A stretch of DNA of 64,000 nucleotides, from the IMG/VR virus record IMGVR_UViG_3300001528_000407, positions 1-64,000 of that record; one strand, 5' to 3'. The DNA comes from a virus (Duplodnaviria; Caudoviricetes). This document shows positions 19,644-28,983 of the stretch, one piece after another. The position numbers and the translations under genes are program-made. A model generated the notes under the pieces. That model searched no databases, was not told the DNA's origin, and was given only the letters and a program-made list of their open reading frames with translations. The stretch's first letter is position 1. The number at the start of each line of letters is the position of its first letter.

Positions 19644-20144
19644 TCACTGCATCGTAGCGTGCAAACTCATATAATCCCAAACCTTGGTGCAATCATCGTC
19701 CGTCTGCCAGTCTGCATCCTGGAAGTAGAAGAGATAGGCAGCTTTGATGATTTCCTCGTCGGCCATATTGCCGCAAAGGTCAGCATACATGGCATTAAAT
19801 GCTACGTACTTATCCCAATCGTTCACCTTATCGTGAAACCGCATACCTTTAGTGGCTTGCACGATTTCGGCTTTCGTCCAATGCGCACCATAGCCCATAG
19901 GCTCCCCATTATCGCCTACCTTGCTATAGATGATCTTTCGCACATCATGGTTGGCAAACTTTTCACTATAATGGCGGTCATAGAGAATGGCGTGCTGGTG
20001 GCGCAATATCCTCCAATACAATTCGGGCTGGGTGTCTTCGATAGCCGATAGGTCGCAAGACATCTGTTCGATAGCTGCCCACATCTTCTTCTCGGAAGCG
20101 ACACCATGCGCTTTCGCCTGGTCTATCAGTTGAATATACTTCAT
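19644..20144 (-). CDS. Conserved-looking hypothetical helical protein (cassette gene 4)
   Basis: Start re-assigned to ATG 20144 (MKYIQLIDQAK); motifs WDKYVAFNAMYAD and FYFQDADW..KVWDY. Confidence 0.7.
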   Translation of the reverse strand: MKYIQLIDQAKAHGVASEKKMWAAIEQMSCDLSAIEDTQPELYWRILRHQHAILYDRHYSEKFANHDVRKIIYSKVGDNGEPMGYGAHWTKAEIVQATKGMRFHDKVNDWDKYVAFNAMYADLCGNMADEEIIKAAYLFYFQDADWQTDDDCTKVWDYMSLHATMQ

Positions 20145-20178
20145 CGTCTCTTCTTTCTTTTCGTAGGTTAGTGGATAG

Positions 20179-20601
20179 TCATGCAATAGTGAGCGTAAGA
20201 GGTGCATCACAAACAAAGGTCTTGCTACATGAGCAACAGCCTTGCTTGACGAGCGTATTCTTCACTGTACCCAAGGAAGGAGTAATGCTGTTGATGGCAG
20301 TGGCACTGAATACAGGAATGGCGAAATCTTGGCTTACTACTTGAGAGCGAATACAACAGGTACCACCGTTGCAAGGCACATAGCTGATAACTCCCTCTAC
20401 GTGCATCGTTACGAGATATTGTGAGGTGCCAACGCTGGCAATGCTCTTTACCGCAAACTGCGGATTAAATACTGGAGTCTCGCCAACACACGATGGAGCG
20501 CAAAGCTGCTGCGTGATGTTGACATCGTAATAAGGGGCAGTGGCGGTTGCGCCCACTGCCAGGGTTGCCGTGATATGGGCAGGAATGGTTCTTTTGTTCA
20601 T
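20179..20601 (-). CDS. Cys-rich beta-sandwich hypothetical protein (cassette gene 3)
   Basis: Start at ATG 20601 (MNKRTIPAH); LCAPSC, PCNGGTCC and GCCSCSK motifs. Confidence 0.7.
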   Translation of the reverse strand: MNKRTIPAHITATLAVGATATAPYYDVNITQQLCAPSCVGETPVFNPQFAVKSIASVGTSQYLVTMHVEGVISYVPCNGGTCCIRSQVVSQDFAIPVFSATAINSITPSLGTVKNTLVKQGCCSCSKTFVCDAPLTLTIA

Positions 20602-20651
20602 AATCTTTTCTGTTTTAATATAGCGACGACTTGGCCGACGCATACTTGATA

Positions 20652-20709
20652 ATTAACGTTTCGCTTAATGATTAACGTTTCACTTGAAGATTAACGTTTC
20701 ACTTGATAG
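20652..20709. repeat. 19-bp tandem triplication that includes the 3' end of the 20691-21113 gene
   Basis: ATTAACGTTTC(G/A)CTT(A/G)A.. three times; the last copy encodes the C-terminal QVKR*. Confidence 0.85.
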
Positions 20710-21113
20710 CCTTGGGCATTCTCCACAGGTAGGTTCTTCTGAAGAAGGTCTGCCAACTCGTCAAGATCCTCTTCATCAAAAGTAATCATACCTTCGAGAA
20801 TAGAAAGCGGTCCATGATACCTCAATTTATCCACCACATCGTGAGCCATCTGCGGAATACTCTCTTCGGGTATGCCGGCAAAGTATTTACTTAGCATCGG
20901 TGTGACGAGCGCATTCACCACAGGCTGAATCATCGGTTCCACATCGGCTTGCAGCGAATAGTTTCCGCTAACGAGACCCATGCCACCGATGGTAGCTTGC
21001 AAGGATTGAAGCACAGGCAGACGCATCAAGTTACTTGCGGCTATCTGAGAAATGGCTGGTCGTGCCCATTCAGACACGACCGCCGCTAAGATTTGTGAGT
21101 TCTTGTAATCCAT
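20691..21113 (-). CDS. Hypothetical protein (cassette gene 2)
   Basis: 140 aa ORF with a good ATG, in the operon. Confidence 0.7.
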   Translation of the reverse strand: MDYKNSQILAAVVSEWARPAISQIAASNLMRLPVLQSLQATIGGMGLVSGNYSLQADVEPMIQPVVNALVTPMLSKYFAGIPEESIPQMAHDVVDKLRYHGPLSILEGMITFDEEDLDELADLLQKNLPVENAQGYQVKR

Positions 21114-21154
21114 ACCGTATTACCTTTTATATATAAACTGCAAAGACTCACTGT

Positions 21155-21667
21155 TTACTGACCGCAAGCGCAACTGCACCCTGTTTGGCATACATTGCCC
21201 GAAGGTATCATCAGTTTGGTTACGCTACTAAGGGCAGCTACTTGCGATTTCAATACGTCGATGTTAGCGTTGGCGGCTGCATTGTATGCCATCTGCTGTG
21301 CGTTCACTGCTTGCTGGGCATCCTTGTTTGCATCCACCTTGTCTTCCAATCGACGCACCTTGCCATCAAGATATTGCGTTACCTCCACCAACTTCTTGTC
21401 GGTATAGTTCTCGCTCTTCTGGATAGCAAGCTCGGTCTTCAAGGTTGAGTTCTCCTGGATAAGGTTGGTTTCGCTCTTGGTTACGAAGCGAGCGTCTGGG
21501 TCGGTAGGGTTGGCAGTCATACCATTGTTACCTCTGCCAAGATTGAAGAGAGATGCACCTCCACCGAGTAAACTGGTAGCCAAGCCTGCGATACCGAGAC
21601 CAAGGGCAGTGTTACCCAATCCCTTGCTGGCAACATCATAGTTGCCATCATTCGTTTTTACTTGCAT
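21155..21667 (-). CDS. Glycine-zipper membrane segment plus coiled-coil protein with Cys-rich tail (cassette gene 1)
   Basis: ASKGLGNTALGLGIAGLATSLLGGG hydrophobic segment, heptad region, C-terminal CQTGCSCACGQ. Confidence 0.75.
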   Translation of the reverse strand: MQVKTNDGNYDVASKGLGNTALGLGIAGLATSLLGGGASLFNLGRGNNGMTANPTDPDARFVTKSETNLIQENSTLKTELAIQKSENYTDKKLVEVTQYLDGKVRRLEDKVDANKDAQQAVNAQQMAYNAAANANIDVLKSQVAALSSVTKLMIPSGNVCQTGCSCACGQ

Positions 21668-21708
21668 AGTGATTAAATGTTTTAGTTTCTTCCAATATCG
21701 GAATCGCT

Positions 21709-21718
21709 TGCAAAGATA
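21709..21718 (-). promoter_or_regulatory. Bacteroidetes -7 promoter box for the cassette (lacks the TTTGTCCC element)
   Basis: Reverse complement TATCTTTGCA, about 40 bp upstream of the 21667 start. Confidence 0.6.
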
Positions 21719-21800
21719 AGGTGAATTAGGTAAACAGAAAAGTGGTTTTCATTAGATGTTGTTGCGACAAAATTATAAAGAAGAAATATTAATCGAAGAA

Positions 21801-21816
21801 TTATCAAATTTGATAA
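21801..21816. promoter_or_regulatory. Perfect 16-bp palindrome, candidate LysR operator
   Basis: TTATCAAATTTGATAA contains T-N11-A and lies about 85 bp upstream of the -7 box. Confidence 0.45.
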
Positions 21817-21838
21817 CTTATAGAACAGAAAACATAAA

Positions 21839-21886
21839 AAAGAAAGAAGAAAGAAAGTTTCATCCATCTTTCTTTCTTCTTTCTTT
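21839..21886 (-). terminator. 19-bp purine/pyrimidine stem-loop downstream of lysR
   Basis: AAAGAAAGAAGAAAGAAAG / CTTTCTTTCTTCTTTCTTT perfect inverted repeat with flanking A/T runs. Confidence 0.7.
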
Positions 21887-21919
21887 TTTACATTTCATTT
21901 TCCCATTTATTCATTTCTA

Positions 21920-22825
21920 TTACATCGTTTCTTCCAATGCTACGATATACGGAATAGACTCTTCCCTGATGATGTCGAGCAAGAGTTGCGCTGAACGTTT
22001 CATCGGCACATCTTGCATATAATGGGCATTGCTCATCATTTCCTGCTCCAGGCTAACGATAGGCTTTGCAACAAGGGTGGGGTGGTTCTTCAGATACAGC
22101 TTCGGGGCGAAGGTTATCCAATGTGTTTCCTCCACGGCAGCAAGTGCCTCGTCGGGGTCGCTGATGATGCACTTGGTGTTGAGTTTCGTAAGGTCTCGCT
22201 GAATATATCGCTGGCAGGTATAAAACTCTCGTTCGCCCACATCGGGCATAATGAGTGGATGTTTCAATAGATCCTCATACGATACTTTATCCTTGTCGGC
22301 CAAAGGATGACTATTGCGCATGATGGCATAAATATGGAAAGGGATGCAAGGCTGTGACTCGATACCTTCATGCTTATAGGCAGTATTCATCGTGAAAGCC
22401 AAGTCGATGTTATGCGCCCGAAGCGAACGATTAAGGATATGCGCCTTGTTGAAATCGGCATTGATACGCACGTTAGGATAACGCTCCATGAAGGTGAGTG
22501 CAGCCATACGGACGTATGGAGCGATAAAGGAACCTACCCCGATACGTAACTCGCCCGTGATGCAGTTGTTGAGGGCGTGAATATGCTCCTTGCAGTCTTC
22601 CGTCTGTTTTAAGATTTCCTTGGCACGAGGCAATAATGCCTCTCCGCTTTCGGTCAGCATGATGTCGTGCGAGGTACGTATCAATAACTTGCAGCCCAGT
22701 TCCTCTTCCAGGGCTTTGATGTGCTGGCTTACCGCCGATTGAGTGACACAACAATAAGAGGCAGCTACACTGAATGAAAGGGTATCTGCTACGCATACAA
22801 ACGAATGTAAATGTCTTAGTTCCAT
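21920..22825 (-). CDS. LysR-family transcriptional regulator (CynR-like)
   Basis: MELRHLHSFVCVADTLSFSVAA..C.VTQSAVSQHIKALEEELG wHTH; GELRIG substrate-binding domain; 301 aa. Confidence 0.95.
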   Translation of the reverse strand: MELRHLHSFVCVADTLSFSVAASYCCVTQSAVSQHIKALEEELGCKLLIRTSHDIMLTESGEALLPRAKEILKQTEDCKEHIHALNNCITGELRIGVGSFIAPYVRMAALTFMERYPNVRINADFNKAHILNRSLRAHNIDLAFTMNTAYKHEGIESQPCIPFHIYAIMRNSHPLADKDKVSYEDLLKHPLIMPDVGEREFYTCQRYIQRDLTKLNTKCIISDPDEALAAVEETHWITFAPKLYLKNHPTLVAKPIVSLEQEMMSNAHYMQDVPMKRSAQLLLDIIREESIPYIVALEETM

Positions 22826-22976
22826 ATTTATTTACTTTTGCAGTTATAATGATAAATTAGAATATTATAGCTGCAAAAGTAAATAAAATATTTTAGATAG
22901 AGATAGGACTTGTATTAAAAATGCTAATACGTGTATTATTTTAGTGGATATATAATACCTAACATAATCTTTTAAT

Positions 22977-23369
22977 TTAGTCTATCTTTATCCCATATCG
23001 CTTATCCATGAGCCTTACAGCCCAATCTGGAAAACCATCAAGCTGGTCTTGGTATATCTCGATTTCTCGGATATACCTTTTCAGTAGCAGGGCAAACTTG
23101 GGGTCGGGCTTCTCGCCACCCAGGATGCGATACTTTTCCTGCGCAAACTGTATTTCTGCCATCAGTTTGTAGCTATGCGTCATTTGCTCGTTGCCTCCTT
23201 GGTCGGCATAGAGGATAGCCATCGCTCTCGCCAGGTCATCCTTCTTTACCATCGGCAGTTCGGCTGCATCCGCCGTGCGAAGGGTGGAGAGATAAAGCTG
23301 ATAATTGAAACCTTGCTTCAAGTCGTGCTGCAACTGAGACGTGTTGATGTTAGATAATATTTCTCCCAT
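22977..23369 (-). CDS. Hypothetical protein
   Basis: 130 aa ORF. Confidence 0.6.
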   Translation of the reverse strand: MGEILSNINTSQLQHDLKQGFNYQLYLSTLRTADAAELPMVKKDDLARAMAILYADQGGNEQMTHSYKLMAEIQFAQEKYRILGGEKPDPKFALLLKRYIREIEIYQDQLDGFPDWAVRLMDKRYGIKID

Positions 23370-23382
23370 GATTCTGCAACCT

Positions 23383-23919
23383 TTAGATGTTTATATTGCC
23401 GCTTCCTGATAGAATACGATATTGTCGAGAAGAGAGGTCGGCGATAACCGTATTATACACCATTAATAAGTAAAGAATATCTTCAGAAAGTGAAAAGATG
23501 AAAACTTGCAACTTTGGGAGCTGGTAGTATCGCCAAGGTTTCTTCGATATATAATTTTCATTCCACCATTTTTTATCATCCTTCTTGACAAAGAAAGGTA
23601 AAACGTTATGATATGGAAGAACCGATTTTGTCAAGACGCAAGCATGATGAACGCCCACCGGTGTATCATCGAATTCTATCGCTGTAGGAAAACTTGCTCT
23701 GAATGGATTCTCTACGGAAGAAGGGGGAACGACTTTGTTGTTATCCTCCTCTGATTTATAAAGTCCACGACTAATAGAAAACCAGGCGTTCTTTTTGCCA
23801 TCGGAAATATCTTTCTTTCGGGCTATGTATATATCGCCAAGTCCTGCAATATCACCTACAAAGTCTTCATACGAATCTAATTGTACTGGCATACTTTTTA
23901 TTTTTGATTTAACAACCAT
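23383..23919 (-). CDS. Hypothetical protein
   Basis: 178 aa ORF, AT-rich codon usage. Confidence 0.5.
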   Translation of the reverse strand: MVVKSKIKSMPVQLDSYEDFVGDIAGLGDIYIARKKDISDGKKNAWFSISRGLYKSEEDNNKVVPPSSVENPFRASFPTAIEFDDTPVGVHHACVLTKSVLPYHNVLPFFVKKDDKKWWNENYISKKPWRYYQLPKLQVFIFSLSEDILYLLMVYNTVIADLSSRQYRILSGSGNINI

Positions 23920-24464
23920 TCATTATAATACATATCACCATTTAAGGGAACGATGCAACTTGCATTCAGCACATTTTGCCAATCACCTTGCACGCTGCTA
24001 GGAAGCACCGTGGGCAGTTGGCTAATTTTGATAAGAGAAAAATTTTCTTGCGAAATGTAAGATACATAATTCACCTTCGGTGTATAATGAGGGTAGAAAC
24101 GGTAAAACGTCGCATTCTCCGTAGTCGCTGTAATAAAGCCTAACACCTTGGGTTGTGCTCGATGGAATTTCCATGCAAAATACGCTGTTGGGTCAACGTA
24201 AGTTTCTAATGTAAAGTGTACACTTACCTCGAATCCCTTACGATACCCCAGTGGTTCCACTAACGGAGAGGTACACCATTCTACCGGTATCTTTTCTATG
24301 CCATAAACTCCCGCCAAAACTTTTCCATATCGGCTATCCCTAAAAAGGTCTTCGATGGTTAATGGTTTTGCAGGAGGTTCCCAAGGCTTCCCATACACGA
24401 GGTAAAAACCCTTGATGTTCTCATCTATCTTACCAGGAATAGTTTTAGTCTCTTGCTCTTTCAT
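23898..24464 (-). CDS. Hypothetical protein
   Basis: 188 aa ORF, AT-rich codon usage. Confidence 0.55.
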   Translation of the reverse strand: MKEQETKTIPGKIDENIKGFYLVYGKPWEPPAKPLTIEDLFRDSRYGKVLAGVYGIEKIPVEWCTSPLVEPLGYRKGFEVSVHFTLETYVDPTAYFAWKFHRAQPKVLGFITATTENATFYRFYPHYTPKVNYVSYISQENFSLIKISQLPTVLPSSVQGDWQNVLNASCIVPLNGDMYYNEWLLNQK

Positions 24465-24536
24465 TGTCTTATTGTTTTCATTAAAACTCTGTAAATCCTT
24501 GTTGTCTATATCAACCTCGCAAAAACGATAATTTCA

Positions 24537-24828
24537 TCAATCAAAACTCTCCACAAGAAAAACATTTTCTTGCCAAGCGTTAATCGTTATCGTAGGACAA
24601 AGGCTTGTCTTTAGAAACAAACCTTTGTTCTGCCCTCTTGGGTATTGGAAGAAGAAATGTCTTTTTATAGTTCCACCAATATCTTTGGCTCTATTCCACC
24701 CCCCCACATGTATGGCAAGCGGGAGCGATGCCTTGGGGACTGAATACCCTGCGGCAAGACTCAAAACGCTTGTCATAGGGAGGGGTGTCTATAGAGCCTA
24801 AGACGATGGTGTGGATATTCTTATTCAT
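24537..24828 (-). CDS. Small gene split at a G7 run; resembles the RVxSPxGIAPT...CGGG.EPKI segments of phage cytosine-MTase-associated ORFs
   Basis: ATG 24828: MNKNIHTIVLGS...GIAPACHTCGG|VE*. One extra G gives GGGIEPKILVEL*; one fewer G fuses to ...YPRGQNKG..CPTITINAWQEN. Confidence 0.5.
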
Positions 24829-25714
24829 CATCGCCATGGTTCTCGTCGGGATTCTCGTCACGGTTCTCTTCCTGTGCTGACTGCTCGTCGTGATTTTCTT
24901 CCTCGTTCCAATCAAGCGTCTTCACCAGGAAGGAGATACCCTTGCCAAACTCTTTTTCCTCGTAACCACGATGCAAGTACCATTTCAAGACCCATTCCTC
25001 TGCCTCTCGGATATTCCACTCCAGGGCTACCGTCTTGCAACCTTGCTCCTTGGCGTTGCGCTCGGCTACTTCCAGTAGTCTTGTGGCGATATGACGGTTG
25101 CGGTAGGCTCCATTCACCCAAAGGGCATAGATGAAGGCATCGCACTTCTGCCAGAAATCATCCTTCTTGCGCTCGTCCTCAGTAGGAATATCAAGATGCA
25201 CATTGCCCACTACCACACCATCGTGGATGGCATTGGCGAGGTATCGGGTGCATTTGAACCATTTCTGAATATTCGTGGTGATACTGAAAGAGAAGGACGT
25301 GATACGTACCTGAATGCCTTCGCCGTGGGTTTCATCGCCTTTATCATCGGCTGGCTTGTTGTCGCCATTACCGTTGCCTTTTTCGTCCTTGCCATTATCA
25401 GGGTTGCCATTGGCTGCTGCATCAGATGCAAGCATATCGTAATCCACACCGAGTTCCTTGGCTCTCATGCGAAGATCCTTTTCCCTTGCCCATCGCATCA
25501 TGCAGGAGAATATCCAGATGGCTACGACAAAACTAACCACCACATGACTCACTGCTTGCTTGCCTACGGTGAAGAAGAGCTGCGATAGCTCATCGGGGTG
25601 GCAGACATCGAACGTCCATTGCAGCAGGGCATTGAACGCTAACATCAGGATGAGGGTTACGAGTATGGGCATCGAATAGATGCCCAATCGCTTCAAAAAT
25701 CTCTTTGCTTTCAT
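24821..25714 (-). CDS. Membrane-anchored GNAT-family acetyltransferase
   Basis: Two N-terminal hydrophobic helices, D/N/G-rich linker, C-terminal LWVNGAYRNRHIATRLLEVAE...GCKTVAL...WYLHRGY (GNAT motifs A/B). Confidence 0.75.
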   Translation of the reverse strand: MKAKRFLKRLGIYSMPILVTLILMLAFNALLQWTFDVCHPDELSQLFFTVGKQAVSHVVVSFVVAIWIFSCMMRWAREKDLRMRAKELGVDYDMLASDAAANGNPDNGKDEKGNGNGDNKPADDKGDETHGEGIQVRITSFSFSITTNIQKWFKCTRYLANAIHDGVVVGNVHLDIPTEDERKKDDFWQKCDAFIYALWVNGAYRNRHIATRLLEVAERNAKEQGCKTVALEWNIREAEEWVLKWYLHRGYEEKEFGKGISFLVKTLDWNEEENHDEQSAQEENRDENPDENHGDDE

Positions 25715-25754
25715 ACTTCTTTTCTTTCTTGTCTTTTATGTTATTTATGCTTCA

Positions 25755-25976
25755 TTATTTTCTCATGATTACCTTGTCGCCTCTCGTTACCCGAAAGATA
25801 AGAGGGGCGAAGATGTAGCGATGGTTGCCACCAGCCTTTCTTGGGCATCCGTCCTTTCGGCATACTTTGCCATAGAATGCCCATTCTCCACAGATATGCT
25901 CCATCCTCTCTACGATGATGCTCTGCTGCTTGGTGGCGACTATATCGCCTATCTGGATATTAGTTACGTCTATCAT
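25755..25976 (-). CDS. Hypothetical protein
   Basis: 73 aa ORF with an ATGA overlap to the next gene. Confidence 0.6.
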   Translation of the reverse strand: MIDVTNIQIGDIVATKQQSIIVERMEHICGEWAFYGKVCRKDGCPRKAGGNHRYIFAPLIFRVTRGDKVIMRK

Positions 25977-26725
25977 TCTATTTTCTTCCCATCCACTGCA
26001 TCATGCACCAGCTTCTCATTATCCAACAAATCCTTTGGCACATTCATTGCATCGAACACACCACATAGGCGAAGGAAATGTTGAAGCTCATGCACGGCGA
26101 TGAATTGTGCCACGGCTGCGGCGTTATAGGTGTTATAGCTACCCCTGCCATCGGTCTGCTTCACAGGCTTCACTATCTGCACGATGATAGCCTTGCACTT
26201 GCTTTCGGTCTTGCTGGCTACCCAACTCAATCCTTCCTCCTGCAACTTATCCTCCAGGTCGTGATCCTGATAAGTCAACTCGAAGCCTACGGCGTAATAG
26301 GTGGCCTGCCATCTTCGAGCCTTAAACTCGTAGGCGAAAGCTACTTTCAAGTCGCTGTCCCTTGGTTTCATCGTCTCGCTATCCGACAACTTGCGGAATA
26401 TCGCCGAGTTCTCGGCGAACCAATCTTCCGAGAAAGGAATGATGGTGAGGTTGCTGATAGGCTGGGTACAGTAATTGGCAATAATCATTTCTTGCGTTAT
26501 AGCCTTGCCCATCCATTTCATCTGACGATAGCGGGCAGTATATATCTCGGCATACTTCTTGGAATATTCCGAGACGATGCAAACCTCACGTTCCTTTGGT
26601 GTGCCGTCCTCTTCCGCCATATTGCCATATACGAAGTCGCCCACCGTCAATTCTCCAAGCTGAAAATCCTCATCCTCATCGTGTCGGATGAATCCTACAT
26701 TATTACTATTGCTCTTCTTTGCCAT
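25973..26725 (-). CDS. Hypothetical protein
   Basis: 250 aa ORF in a packed operon. Confidence 0.65.
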   Translation of the reverse strand: MAKKSNSNNVGFIRHDEDEDFQLGELTVGDFVYGNMAEEDGTPKEREVCIVSEYSKKYAEIYTARYRQMKWMGKAITQEMIIANYCTQPISNLTIIPFSEDWFAENSAIFRKLSDSETMKPRDSDLKVAFAYEFKARRWQATYYAVGFELTYQDHDLEDKLQEEGLSWVASKTESKCKAIIVQIVKPVKQTDGRGSYNTYNAAAVAQFIAVHELQHFLRLCGVFDAMNVPKDLLDNEKLVHDAVDGKKIE

Positions 26726-26942
26726 ATTGCTTACATTTATCTATTATTCTCCTTGCGTTCTTGTCTATTCTCAATGCGTTGCCCTTAGTTACCAACGCTG
26801 CACTCAGCTGCGCGAACAGACCAGCAAGATTGTTGAGGTTCTCCATATCCTTCATATCGAGATACCCTTTGTCTCTTCTTGCCTTCACAGTCACCTGCCC
26901 CGATTCAAAATCACAGGTGATGGAAACAACTACCTTTGCCAT
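26706..26942 (-). CDS. Hypothetical protein
   Basis: 78 aa ORF. Confidence 0.55.
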   Translation of the reverse strand: MAKVVVSITCDFESGQVTVKARRDKGYLDMKDMENLNNLAGLFAQLSAALVTKGNALRIDKNARRIIDKCKQYGKEEQ

Positions 26943-26956
26943 ATCCTTTTTAATAT

Positions 26957-27736
26957 TTATACTTTCTGCGCAATCTTTACGTTTGCGTCCGTATCATCTT
27001 GTAGCGAGAACTTTTCCTTGTCGCCATATTTCTTTTTCAGTCTCTCTAGGCTATTTTTCAAGACAGCCATTACCAAGTCTTCCGACATGTGCCCTGCATC
27101 AAGCTCCTCACCATACACGCAAAATGGGAGAACATCATTAAGATAGAAATCCTTCATATCATCTCTATCCACATTTTCGTATGGCACGAAGTCGATGGAT
27201 TCGATAGATGCTATCACATCGTTATCATCTGACTTGTATCGGGAGATAACGAAACCGCCAGGGAACACCGTCAATACGAACTTTTCGACAAACACCATCT
27301 TGCTTAAAAATGCAGGTATCGCTGCCAACGCTTGCGCCACCTCCTGCTCGGTAGGTTTCTTATATCCCCATATCGACGATACATAAGCACTCACAAAGTT
27401 AGGATGATAACGAGTATTGAAGTTGTAGAATCGCCAACAACCGTTCTTCGTCTTCGTCAGCATATCCGTCTGCACGTCTCTGCCATCGGCATAATGATAA
27501 GCCACCGCATAGATGCAGCCCTCCTCGTTGCGAGTGACAAACTCCACATCGGTCTCGTTCCGTTCCACCTCCCTCGGCTCTGCCATACGCTTGATGGCAT
27601 TGTTGAATTTCAGGTAGGCGGTCGAATCGGTGTATTCATCGCCATAGAAAGTGGGTGCCAAACCGATGAGGTCTTCACTCTGATTATTCTCTTTGATGAG
27701 ACCCAACTTCTTAGGGTCGAGTATTCCAATATCCAT
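26957..27736 (-). CDS. Hypothetical protein
   Basis: 259 aa ORF. Confidence 0.65.
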   Translation of the reverse strand: MDIGILDPKKLGLIKENNQSEDLIGLAPTFYGDEYTDSTAYLKFNNAIKRMAEPREVERNETDVEFVTRNEEGCIYAVAYHYADGRDVQTDMLTKTKNGCWRFYNFNTRYHPNFVSAYVSSIWGYKKPTEQEVAQALAAIPAFLSKMVFVEKFVLTVFPGGFVISRYKSDDNDVIASIESIDFVPYENVDRDDMKDFYLNDVLPFCVYGEELDAGHMSEDLVMAVLKNSLERLKKKYGDKEKFSLQDDTDANVKIAQKV

Positions 27737-27748
27737 ACTTTCGTCTCC

Positions 27749-28933
27749 TTATCTATTAGGATCTACCGTGATGTTGTATTTCGCCAAGACTGGCACAAGT
27801 CCGGTCATTACTCCCCTGCCAAGGAGAGGCACTGAGTCGAGCGCACTGCGAGGTATCACCTTCTTCTTAGGCAACTGCTCTTTGCTGGCTTCCTCATCGA
27901 GAAGCTTCTTGCAAGCTGCCAACTCCTTGTCGGCATCGTCTCGCTCGTCGAGGGCTTTCTTGTATTTGGCATTCAGTTCATCATATTGCTTCTGTGCCTC
28001 CCTCGCCTCGGCTCTCTGCTTGGCGATGAAGTCGGAAGCCTTCTGCGCCGTGGCTTGATAATCCTGTAGCTTCGCACTTAGCTCGTCGATTTGCGTTTGC
28101 AGGTTTGTAACTACCGTTTGGTGATCCGCCTGAGCGTCCGACATCTGTTGCATGTGCAGGATATTGAGGTTCTCGATTTCCTTCTGCTGGTCATTGATTT
28201 TCTTACGCAATACATCGCTGTCCGCCGCTGTGACGATATAATTGCCCAAGCGGTTGATGTTCTGCGAGAGGATGGCAAAGAGACCCTCGGTCTCGCTCTC
28301 CAAGGACAGGGCATCATCGGCGGTGAGGATATAGCTATCATCGTTCCACCAATCGGGGCGAGTGATATTCAGCTTGCCCGATGGCTGCTGTGCAGCTCGG
28401 TTGCTGGCTTGCATATCTGGGGTATTGGCTTGCGTATTGCTACCCGTACTACCTCCATTCGTTTGTACCTCTTGGTTCTTATCCTGGGCATTCTGCTCCT
28501 CGGCGTTATCCATATCCTTCACCACGTCGATAGCGGAAGGCATATCACCCAACTTATCGTAGTAGTTATCCTCACGGGCATCCAGGGCAAGTCTGCCCTC
28601 ATAGACATCCCAAAGGTTGTTGTCGATGAGATAGTAGATAGCCCCAAGCACGATGTGCGCTCCATATTGGTCGATATACTCGTTAATCGGCGCAACCCAT
28701 CGCTTGCGCACCACCATATCCAGCCACTCCTTATATACCTTGCCATTGAGCATGTTTTTATCCTCTTCCTTCTGATAACAGGAGGCGATACGAGGGATAA
28801 CGTAGAGCGGTTCGGTCTTCTGCAAGAAGTTCTCGTAGTTGATGCCGAGAGCCATGCGCACCATGTTGCTCACGTTCTTAAATTGATATTTCTTCAGCAA
28901 GGAGCGAAGAACGTTTTGTTGCTTTGTATTCAT
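27749..28933 (-). CDS. Coiled-coil hypothetical protein
   Basis: 394 aa ORF with a long C-terminal heptad region. Confidence 0.65.
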   Translation of the reverse strand: MNTKQQNVLRSLLKKYQFKNVSNMVRMALGINYENFLQKTEPLYVIPRIASCYQKEEDKNMLNGKVYKEWLDMVVRKRWVAPINEYIDQYGAHIVLGAIYYLIDNNLWDVYEGRLALDAREDNYYDKLGDMPSAIDVVKDMDNAEEQNAQDKNQEVQTNGGSTGSNTQANTPDMQASNRAAQQPSGKLNITRPDWWNDDSYILTADDALSLESETEGLFAILSQNINRLGNYIVTAADSDVLRKKINDQQKEIENLNILHMQQMSDAQADHQTVVTNLQTQIDELSAKLQDYQATAQKASDFIAKQRAEAREAQKQYDELNAKYKKALDERDDADKELAACKKLLDEEASKEQLPKKKVIPRSALDSVPLLGRGVMTGLVPVLAKYNITVDPNR

Positions 28934-28983
28934 AATTAACCTTGTTTTGATTGACTGATTCGATTTCTTCTGATTATCGTAGC

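Noticed and set aside
21920-22825. OxyR assignment for the LysR regulator
   Set aside because: The OxyR redox motif (two Cys nine residues apart, in a GHC context) is not present.
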